Positions 9,723-17,628 of a DNA stretch of 64,000 bases are shown here, piece by piece (the stretch's first letter is position 1; every line of letters starts with the position of its first letter). Location: contig JAUIKM010000001.1 of NCBI GenBank assembly GCA_030430495.1, positions 202,447 through 266,446 on the forward strand, written 5' to 3'. The DNA is from a bacterium. GTDB lineage: Bacteria; Bacteroidota; Ignavibacteria; Kapaibacteriales; UBA7675. The translations under genes were made by a program, and so were the position numbers. The notes under the pieces were generated by a model. The model saw nothing but the letters and a program-made list of their open reading frames with translations, was not told the DNA's origin and did no database searches.

Positions 9723-9932
9723 GCGAAAACTGCCCGTTCGCGTTTTTCCGCTTTTGTGTTCGAAGTTTCATTGTCACTTTGCACGCGTGACGGCCGCACA
9801 GGTACAGGGACAAACGGAGTCAATTTTCACTTACCAGACTCGCAACAGGTAAAAGTTGCGAGGCGGCGGAGCGTGGCGGGCGGAAAAAAATGGCAGGTTG
9901 GCAGGAGGGGGTGGGGGCCCGGTTTCGGGCCT
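9723..9932. other. Conserved intergenic structured element, family A copy 1 (candidate sRNA): 5' gcgaaaactgcccgttcgcgtttttccgc ... 3' ggcaggagggggtgggggcccggtttcgggcc
   Basis: It shares ~35-nt 5' and ~40-nt 3' blocks with 45608-45842. There is an internal perfect hairpin ctcgcaac-aggtaaaa-gttgcgag. It is not adjacent to any gene start. Confidence 0.4.
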
Positions 9933-10369
9933 GAAGTCCATTTAAACCAAACTGTTTAAATCTTAATCGAAAGACAAGAGCGATGTTTCACCGATGACAG
10001 AAACAGAAGTATACTACCGACACAACTACAACTGCCATGCAAATTCAGACTCTTCGTTGTGTCTTCATCTTTCAGTGTTTCACAGATTCAAACAATATTC
10101 AACAACTGAATCATTGGAAGTTTGCTCGTTCTTCACAACGACAGTTCGTCGACTCCACAATTTTCAACGCGGATCAACCAACTGTTTTATGCTGACTTTT
10201 TGCTCAAACCGGCTGCGCACATTTTTACATTGTGACCGTTTGGAACACATTCCAGACCGTTGGACAACAAAATCAACTACGTTCAATTTTTTGCCGTGGG
10301 AAAGGCGCTGAAGTTTAACTATGCTTGTTATTGCGACGCGCAGGCATGCAACGCGTCGCTCCGCGGACA

Positions 10370-10495
10370 AGACTCTAAAAAATCTGCACTGAAGCAGGGT
10401 GGGAGGAGTGCGTCTGATAGCGGAGGAATTACACCGTGGCGGCGGCGGGGTGGCCCCCTGGATCAAGCCGGAAGTACGCCCAAACCTCAACACCG
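10370..10495. repeat. Dispersed conserved intergenic element, family B copy 1 (core atctgcactgaagcagggtgggaggagtgcgt...gtggcggcggcgggg...ccggaagtacgcccaaa)
   Basis: About 105 nt nearly identical to the copies at 31468-31640 and 52902-53070. Confidence 0.6.
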
Positions 10496-10610
10496 GCTCC
10501 CAGGCATCCCTCTAAACCATTGCCCCACAAGCACTTACAGCCTTCGACCAATCACATCTTTCCACCACATTCGCAGCTTCAACCTCAAAATAATCGCACC
10601 ACGCAACGGT

Positions 10611-11732
10611 TTACTGCTTCAACTTCTCAACCTGATACACCAGCAGCTCGTCCGACTTGCCGTGAACATTCACCGGCTCCCAGGCATGTGCTTCGACCTT
10701 GTCCCTGATCTTGTCGAACACGCGTTCGTGAACCAATATCGCGTTGTGATGTTTCTTCGTCAATGTCTCTATTCGTTTACCGGTGTTTACCGTATCGCCC
10801 GTAATCGAAAACTCGATCCGGTCCTCGGAGCCGAGATTTCCCGCGACCACTTCGCCCGAGTTAATACCGATGCCGATGGCAAAGGGACGCCCGAACGCTG
10901 CGCCATACGTCTGGTCCAGCTCCCCAATGCGCTCCAGCATTTCCAGCGCGCACAGTACAGCTTTTAATTCGTTGTTGTACGTCGGCATTAAAGCGCCGAA
11001 GGAGGCAAATACTTCGTCGCCGACGAACTGGTTGACCGTGCCGTCGTGGCGTTTAACACACTCGCTCATTAAACGGTAGTAGTGATTCAGGCAGGCGACG
11101 ACTTCCTTGGGCGAGGAGCGTTCACTGAAACGCGTGAAGCCGCGAATATCGCAGAACAGCACGGCGACGTCGCGCAGCTCGCCTTCAAAAATCGAATCTT
11201 CACTCGTTGACAGCGCTTTTTGTACAACTTCCTGCGGCACGTAGCGCTCAAACAGACGCAGCGTTTTTTCCTGCTCTTCGACTTTTTGCCGCAGATCGCG
11301 CACCAGCTGTTTATTGCGCTGCTGCAGGCCGTACAGGTGAAACGCATTTTCAATTGTCATGCGCAGTTCCGTTTCGTCCCAGGGTTTGGTGACGTAGCGA
11401 AATACGCGCCCGGTGTTGATGGCGCTGATGATGGCTTCAACATCGCTGAAACCCGTCAGAACCATGCGCACCGTGTCCGGATACGAGGGAATAATGTGTT
11501 CGAGAAATTGAACGCCGGTCATTTCCGGCATGCGCTGATCCGTGATGATCAACGCCACGTCCCGCGTCTTCAGGAGTTCAATCGCCTCGCGCGCGCTGTT
11601 GGCGGTAAGAATATTGTAGTCGCGCCGGAAAGCCGCCTTGAATGAAACGAGGTTCTGGTGTTCGTCATCGACGTAGAGAATGGCCGGGAGATCTCTGCGG
11701 GATTTGTTCATGTGCCTCTGTCCAGTGTACAT
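10611..11732 (-). CDS. Response-regulator receiver domain fused to class III nucleotidyl (adenylate/guanylate) cyclase domain
   Basis: REC: ILYVDDEHQNLVSF...ALIITDQRMPEMTG. Cyclase CHD: FCDIRGFTRFSE...FVGDEVFASFGA...GINSGEVVAGNLGSEDRIEFSITGDTVNTGKRIE. Possible start at MNKSRR (11711). Confidence 0.85.
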   Translation of the reverse strand: MYTGQRHMNKSRRDLPAILYVDDEHQNLVSFKAAFRRDYNILTANSAREAIELLKTRDVALIITDQRMPEMTGVQFLEHIIPSYPDTVRMVLTGFSDVEAIISAINTGRVFRYVTKPWDETELRMTIENAFHLYGLQQRNKQLVRDLRQKVEEQEKTLRLFERYVPQEVVQKALSTSEDSIFEGELRDVAVLFCDIRGFTRFSERSSPKEVVACLNHYYRLMSECVKRHDGTVNQFVGDEVFASFGALMPTYNNELKAVLCALEMLERIGELDQTYGAAFGRPFAIGIGINSGEVVAGNLGSEDRIEFSITGDTVNTGKRIETLTKKHHNAILVHERVFDKIRDKVEAHAWEPVNVHGKSDELLVYQVEKLKQ

Positions 11733-11737
11733 CGGTG

Positions 11738-13753
11738 CTACAGCGGCTGTCCGTCGCCGCCTTCGGCAAACAGGTCCGCCGTCAGCGCTATGGCGTCCGC
11801 CGAGCCCATCACCACCGCCACATCGTTGCCGCGCAGTTTTGCGTGCGGGTCAGGAGTTGTTGAAACGTTTTCGCCGCGTTTTATTGCCAGAATCGTGGCA
11901 TTGAATTTTCCACGCACGTCAAGTTGAACCAGTGATTTCCCGGCCGCCTCCGAGTTGTCAAAAATGCGTAGCACGCGAATCTCCATATCCGGCAGCACCG
12001 TCTGAAGGTCCGCTGTGCGAGTCATGCCGTTGGTCGGCCTGCGGAACCTGCGATATCTGTCCGCGCGGATGTGATCCGCAAAACGGTGAATCTCGTCGAC
12101 GGGCAGCAGATAGTGCGCCAAAACGCGCGAGAATATTTCCACCGCAGTCTCAAACTCAGCAGGTATGACTTCGCTTGCACCGATGGCCGCCAATTTGTCG
12201 ACGTCGGCTACAAATCGCGTGCGGACAATCAGATGCACGCCCGGGTTCATCGTTTTAACCTGGCGGATGGCGCGCTGTGTTGCATCAGCGTCGGATATTG
12301 CCACGACTACCACGCGCGCCTGGAGGATGTGTGCGTGATGCAGTACTTCACTCTTGGAAGCGTCGCCGTAGAGAATCGGCTCGCCGCGTTCCTTCTCGCG
12401 TTTAACAGTCTCCGGGTTCATCTCCAGGATGATGTAGGGAATGTGCGCCGACTTTGCTGCGCGCGCAACGAGTTCGCCGTTAATTCCATAGCCTATGACG
12501 ATGACGTGGCCCTTTAACTCCTGTTTCGCTTCGCTGCTTTGCTGCGCCTCACCTACTTTGTCGAATCGCTTTTGCAGTCGGCTCATCAAAGGAATACGGC
12601 TGTGTTTCTCGGCGGCCTGCGGCGCGGCGGCAATCAAAAAGGGTGTCGCCGCCATAGTCAGAATAGAAACCGCCAGGAAAATCTGGTAGTGTTCAGCGCT
12701 CAGTATCTCAACGCTCAGTCCCGCCTTCGAGAGGATAAACGAAAATTCACCGATCTGGCTCAGTGAAAAACCAACCATGATCGCCGTGCGCAGCTGCCAG
12801 CCCAATATGCGCGCCACGGCTATGATCACGCCCAGTTTGATCAGTACCACGCCAAGTACCAGGCCAACAATCAACAACGGCTCGTGCAAGAGCAACGACC
12901 AGTCGAACAACATTCCGATCGAGACAAAAAAGAACGAGCCGAAAACATCGCGGAATGGCAACAGCCCGCCCAGAGCGTCCACGCTGTATTCCGACTCGGA
13001 TATGATAAGTCCCGCCAGGAATGCGCCCAGTCCCAGTGAGAGGCCGACGGCCGACGTGCCCCAGGCCACGCCGATTCCGATTGCGACGACGAGCAAAAGA
13101 AACAACTCCTGCCGGCGCGTGCGAACCACCCGGTCCAGAATAAACGGAACCACCGTCCGCGCGCCGACAATCACGACCGCGACGATTACAACGCCTTTAA
13201 CCAGCAGCATCAGCAGCGCTTCGCCGGGATCGGCCGCCACTCCCGCCAGGATCGGCGTCAATAACATCATCGGAACAATGGCGATGTCCTGGAAAATCAG
13301 AATGCCCAACGTGCCCTGACCGTGCGGCGCTTCAATTTCACCGCGGCTCTGCAAAAGCGATAAAACAATGGCGGTGGAGGAGAGAGCGGCAAGGAATCCA
13401 AAAAACGCGGAAGAATTCAGATCAAATCCGGCCAGTGCGCCGCAGCCCATGACGACGGCGATCGTCAGAACAACCTGCAGACTGCCGCCCAGCAGAACGG
13501 TTTTTTTGATGCGCGCCAGTTCTTTAAATGAAAACTCAATGCCGATGGTAAACAGCAGCAATACCACGCCGACTTCGGCCAGGATCTCAACGCTGTGTTC
13601 ATCGTGTACCAGTCCCAGACTGTACGGCCCGATTAACACGCCGGTCATCAGGTAACCGATGATCGTCGGCACCCGGACTTTCGTCGTCAGGTACAGAACG
13701 ACAATCGACAGTCCAAAAATGATCGCAATGTCGCGAAGAAGGGGAATTTCCAT
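11738..13753 (-). CDS. CPA2-family monovalent cation:proton antiporter / K+ efflux protein with C-terminal RCK (TrkA-N + TrkA-C) domains (KefB/KefC/YbaL-like)
   Basis: About 12 TM helices, then Rossmann HVIVIGYGINGELVARAA and a TrkA-C-like tail. 5 nt upstream of the cyclase gene. Confidence 0.85.
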   Translation of the reverse strand: MEIPLLRDIAIIFGLSIVVLYLTTKVRVPTIIGYLMTGVLIGPYSLGLVHDEHSVEILAEVGVVLLLFTIGIEFSFKELARIKKTVLLGGSLQVVLTIAVVMGCGALAGFDLNSSAFFGFLAALSSTAIVLSLLQSRGEIEAPHGQGTLGILIFQDIAIVPMMLLTPILAGVAADPGEALLMLLVKGVVIVAVVIVGARTVVPFILDRVVRTRRQELFLLLVVAIGIGVAWGTSAVGLSLGLGAFLAGLIISESEYSVDALGGLLPFRDVFGSFFFVSIGMLFDWSLLLHEPLLIVGLVLGVVLIKLGVIIAVARILGWQLRTAIMVGFSLSQIGEFSFILSKAGLSVEILSAEHYQIFLAVSILTMAATPFLIAAAPQAAEKHSRIPLMSRLQKRFDKVGEAQQSSEAKQELKGHVIVIGYGINGELVARAAKSAHIPYIILEMNPETVKREKERGEPILYGDASKSEVLHHAHILQARVVVVAISDADATQRAIRQVKTMNPGVHLIVRTRFVADVDKLAAIGASEVIPAEFETAVEIFSRVLAHYLLPVDEIHRFADHIRADRYRRFRRPTNGMTRTADLQTVLPDMEIRVLRIFDNSEAAGKSLVQLDVRGKFNATILAIKRGENVSTTPDPHAKLRGNDVAVVMGSADAIALTADLFAEGGDGQPL

Positions 13754-13788
13754 CCGGAGCCAGTGTTGGTTGCGCGTGTTGTACCGCG

Positions 13789-15099
13789 TTAATTGCGTGG
13801 AATTTTCAGGACCTGCCCGATGTAGATCCGATCAGGTCGCCGAATATTGTTAAATCCCATAATACGGCTTATTGAGGAACCGTGGCGCGCGGCAATGCGC
13901 GAAAGTGTGTCGCCGCTCCGCACGCGATACGTTATGACCGGCGGGGCGGAACTTTTGTCGGCGGCTGGAATGCGGTCTATGGCGTAGGCCACCTCGGCCT
14001 CAGTTAACTCGCTCGGCACGCGGATGCGCGTTCCCTTGGGAATCATCAGATCCTGGCTGAATACACGACTGCGTACCGCCGGGTTGATCAGACGCATCGT
14101 CTCAAGGTCCATGCCGAGATACTTGACCAGGACCGACGGTTTGATCCAGTGCTCCAGTACCAGTTCGCGAAATTCGCGTTTGGGCCTGAAATCAATCTCG
14201 TCAAAGTATTCTTCCGGGTTTTCAGCGATGTCCGACGCCGCGATAAAACAGGCGTAGAAATTGCGCGAGGAAAACTTGAAGGTGCGGCTGGAGTGTTTGG
14301 TGAGCACCGTTTCAAAATCGTTGCTGCCCAGGGTTGTCACGGCGCGGCGGATGCCGTTGATCCCGTAGTTGTAGCCCGTAATCGCCAGCGGCCAGTTGTC
14401 CACCTGAGCAAAATTGCCGGCCAGCATTTCGGCCGCGGCATACGTCGAATAAATCGGGTCGAGACGTTCGTCGACGTAATCGTTAATCTCCAGGTATTCG
14501 CGTCCGGTTCCACGCATAAACTGCCACATGCCCGCCGCGCCGGCGTGCGACATCGCATTCGGCAGGAACGACGATTCAACATGCGGCAGATACGCCAGCT
14601 TTTCGGGCACGTCAAACTTGCGCAGAATAAATTTAATCGTGTCCAGGTACATTCCGCTCAGGCGCAGCCCCTCCATAAACCGCTCTTTCTGTCCATTCTG
14701 AAAACGAATGCGATCAATGGCATCGTCCAGCGCGCCCTCTTCGCCGTGCTCCTCAAACAGCTTGGCAATCTTTTTGTCCAGATCGCTCCACTTTTCACTG
14801 GGTGAAGACTTTATGCGTTTTATCGACTCTTCGATCGGTTTGCGAATGGCGCGAATATACTGGCGGCGTTCGTCGCCTTCGCGCTCGCCTATTTCGTATT
14901 CGCCGTAAATCACCATCGGGTATTCGTGGTCGTGCAGCAGCCCCTTGTTCAGCGGAACCTCGGAATAGATCTTTTTCCAGAAGGCGACGTTGTCTTCAAT
15001 GATACCCGGCTTGGTAAAAACTTCGGCCTGTGCGCTCAGGCACAAACAAAAAAACAGGCACAGTGCCAGTGCCTGTCCGCGGTAATGTATATGCTGCAT
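13789..15099 (-). CDS. Membrane-bound lytic murein transglycosylase D-like (SLT domain + C-terminal LysM)
   Basis: SLT signature ESSFLPNAMSHAGAAGMWQFM. LysM: YRVRSGDTLSRIAARHGSSISRIMGFNNI...IYIGQVLKIP. Signal peptide after MQHIHYRG, so the start was moved in from the ORF-track 15144. Confidence 0.8.
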   Translation of the reverse strand: MQHIHYRGQALALCLFFCLCLSAQAEVFTKPGIIEDNVAFWKKIYSEVPLNKGLLHDHEYPMVIYGEYEIGEREGDERRQYIRAIRKPIEESIKRIKSSPSEKWSDLDKKIAKLFEEHGEEGALDDAIDRIRFQNGQKERFMEGLRLSGMYLDTIKFILRKFDVPEKLAYLPHVESSFLPNAMSHAGAAGMWQFMRGTGREYLEINDYVDERLDPIYSTYAAAEMLAGNFAQVDNWPLAITGYNYGINGIRRAVTTLGSNDFETVLTKHSSRTFKFSSRNFYACFIAASDIAENPEEYFDEIDFRPKREFRELVLEHWIKPSVLVKYLGMDLETMRLINPAVRSRVFSQDLMIPKGTRIRVPSELTEAEVAYAIDRIPAADKSSAPPVITYRVRSGDTLSRIAARHGSSISRIMGFNNIRRPDRIYIGQVLKIPRN

Positions 15100-15850
15100 G
15101 TTGCTTCCTGTGTCGTAACGTCTTGCGTCCGCCGGCCGGGTCATTCCTTCCTCTTAACCCGCCCGCGTGAATTTATAAAATTCCGGGAAACTTCAATGGC
15201 TGACGAGCGCAACAAGTTTGTGTTGTGCTTTGTTCCACCCGTTTTGACTCGATTATGGTCTTTTTACCTTCTTTTTTGGGTCCGACTGCCAAGTCGTTTA
15301 CAACATTGTACCGCAGGTAATTTTCCGGCGACTGCCTGATTATTTTGTTTGTCATGCGGATAGAAGCGGCAGGTCCCCGCACAGCCGCGTGTCCCGGGGT
15401 GAACAGGGACAATGCCCTTGCAGGCCGCGGAGATTGCCCGCGCCTGCGGCGCGTCGCTTAACGCCGGGTTGCCGGAGGGAACACCATCCGGAAATACGTC
15501 GCAACTTTGAACCTTCACCGTTGAACTCCGCCGCTTAACCGCACAACGGCTTCCGTGATGATTGCGCGATACAACCGCAGCCGAAAATTCACTTCGCTGC
15601 CGTCGGCGGCGCAGAAGCGGAATCATTGATCGCTGGAACGCGCGAACGTCTGAATGCGACAATTCCGCAGCGCACGTCTGTCGTTTACCGGGTAAACAGA
15701 GTTCACCGGGTAAACAGAGTGCACCGGCGAATAAACTGCGCCGCATCAGATAAAGCGCGGGGAATGCGGTCGGGCAATCCGGCTTCAGCCTGTTGAACAG
15801 CCCGGCGCTGTAACATTTGAACATCAAATTGCATGCTGCGGCGCTCAGCA

Positions 15851-16212
15851 TTCACCGGTGAACTGTGAATTCAACACGGATCCGAAAGGGAAGAACACCC
15901 CTTGCGGCCGCGCCGCGTCAGGCCGGGCGACGCCTGCCAATACGCGCAGCGTGAATTGCGTCGCGGCCGAATGTGAAAACGGCCGCTTCACAATTTCACA
16001 GCTTCACATCGGCGCAATGTGTTCACAAGTGGAAGTGAAAATGAGGAGTGTTTAGCCGGGAATGAAGCGGCGGAATTATCACCTAAAGTGAATATATGAA
16101 CGTGTGAAACAGCAAAAGCCCGCTGTTGAAGAAGTGAATCAAATCGCGTTTCACATTCCGCCGCTGCTGTTTACAGTCTGATTCACTGCGTTAAAAGCGT
16201 GAAAAAGTTCAC
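15851..16212. promoter_or_regulatory. Array of about 17 GTGAA/TTCAC (TGTGAA/TTCACA) half-sites, followed (16213-16396) by a strongly AT-rich tract; oriC-like DnaA-box cluster or operator array
   Basis: Counted directly. Palindrome TTCACCGGTGAA (15851-62). Three phased TTCACA copies (15987-16008). TTCAC-N8-GTGAA (16022-39). GTGAA-N11-TTCAC (16134-54). The pentamer is expected about once by chance in this length. Confidence 0.5.
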
Positions 16213-16396
16213 TTTTTACACATTTCGGGTCAAAAAACGGTACTTTTTCCAATTAATTAACTCATTAGCTATTGCATCGGCCTGTTTAATGTTGTAGATT
16301 TGAAACAGTTTTTTAGGTTAAGTCCAATTTCGCAGCAGCAATTTTCTTTAATACAACAGTATCTCTTTTCTTTAACGATTGAATTGGTAGTCAACT

Positions 16397-17074
16397 ATGG
16401 ATTCGAACACAGTAGCTGATCGTTTGCGTGAATTCGGTCAGGAGAAGTACGGCAACATGACGCAATTTGCCGGCGCTCTCGGAATGTCCCCCCAGGCGCT
16501 TTCGCCGTACCTTAACGGACGTCGCAACCCCGGCAAACGCATGCTTGCCAAACTTGAACAACTCGGTGCGAATCCGGGCTATATCTCCGGTGAAGGCGAA
16601 GGCGGCAGTGCACCTGCGGCTTCCGCAGCCCCGGCGGCAGCAGCTCCGGCTAAAAAGCGCCGCGGCCGTAAACCCAAAGCCAAACCCGCCGCTGAAGCAG
16701 CGCCGAAAAAGGCAAAAGCTCCGGCCGCCAAAAAAGCTAAAGCCAAAACCAAGGCAAAAGCTAAACCCGCAGCAGCAGCCAAACCCGCTGCTGAAGCCGC
16801 TCCCAAGAAAGCCAAAGGTCGTCCCGGCCGCAAAAAAGGTTCCACAGCAGTTAAAGCCGCGCCGAAGAAACGCCGCGGTCGTCAGCCCAAAGCTGCTGTT
16901 GCCGCAACCAGCGCCGTTTCGGCTGCCGAAATGCAATTGCTCGAATACCTGCGCAAAATTGGCCTGGCCAGCGTAGATTCGGTCGTTAACCTGCTTGAGT
17001 CGATCAAAACCGTTTCCGACGAAGACTACATGAAGAAATTCCGCCGCGCCAAGCCGCGTAAGATCGTCAAGTAA
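16397..17074 (+). CDS. HTH_XRE (Cro/C1-type) DNA-binding domain fused to K/A-rich histone-H1-like region with AT-hook-like motifs (KRRGRKPKA, KGRPGRKKG, KRRGRQPKA)
   Basis: The N-terminus MTQFAGALGMSPQALSPYLNGRRNPGKRMLAKL is a typical XRE HTH. The middle 120 aa are AAAPAKK repeats. There is a short structured C-terminal tail. Confidence 0.7.
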   Translation: MDSNTVADRLREFGQEKYGNMTQFAGALGMSPQALSPYLNGRRNPGKRMLAKLEQLGANPGYISGEGEGGSAPAASAAPAAAAPAKKRRGRKPKAKPAAEAAPKKAKAPAAKKAKAKTKAKAKPAAAAKPAAEAAPKKAKGRPGRKKGSTAVKAAPKKRRGRQPKAAVAATSAVSAAEMQLLEYLRKIGLASVDSVVNLLESIKTVSDEDYMKKFRRAKPRKIVK

Positions 17075-17110
17075 GTCCGTCCGACACGACATTGCGAAAG
17101 CAATCCTTAA

Positions 17111-17137
17111 CGCACCGTGTGAACTTCACACGGTGCG
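17111..17137 (+). terminator. Perfect hairpin cgcaccgtgtgaa-ct-ttcacacggtgcg followed by ttgtatgttttaaa
   Basis: It lies 37 nt after the stop of the 16397-17074 gene. The stem itself contains the TGTGAA/TTCACA motif. Confidence 0.6.
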
Positions 17138-17628
17138 TTGTATGTTTTAAAGCGCGGCCCTGAACACCGGTCCACGTGCGTTGACAGCGCGGAACGCGAT
17201 ACTACCACCGAACTCCAGGCCTTGCGTTCAATTCGTCTAAGGCATTTCAACACAATAAGTTGTGAGTGGTGTATTCACAAGTTGCTGCAAGCGCTGTGGA
17301 GTGAATCAGACGCCGTTTTGCTCTAGTTTCTACTGTGTTAATTCGGGCCTTTAACAGCTTCGTGACGAGGCGACGGGCATTTCCGGACCTGATCCATGTA
17401 AACTTCGAGCAGTGCGCCTGAATGCGATGCACGGACCTTGATACGGCACGTCCGGTGCGTTGCAGATCTACGCAGACATTGAACAGGGGATTGAGCGGCA
17501 TACAACTGATTCTACGGCTCCAGACATGCCGAACCCAGCCCGCGGGGGGATTTCACCATCATATGCTTTTGTGCGGCACACTGAAGGGCGGGGCTAAACA
17601 GAAAATCATGCCTGGAGAAGCAGCAGGA

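Noticed and set aside
10370-10495. Family B element as SRP RNA, tmRNA, RNase P RNA or 6S RNA
   Set aside because: It lacks the SRP domain-IV motif (GGAAGGAAGCAGCC-type), the tmRNA 5'/3' tRNA-like ends and the RNase P conserved regions. Three copies would also be unexpected for those genes.
9153-10610. Insertion sequence or prophage remnant explaining the long gene-free regions
   Set aside because: No transposase, integrase, terminal inverted repeats, target-site duplications or phage genes were found in or next to any of the six long intergenic regions.
15851-16212. Classical CRP/FNR binding sites (TGTGA-N6-TCACA), given the REC-cyclase gene in the window
   Set aside because: Half-sites match TGTGA, but none of the inverted pairs has the 6-nt spacer (the observed spacers are 0, 8 and 11 nt). 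The dominant arrangement is direct repeats. It is retained only as a minor alternative under the main finding.
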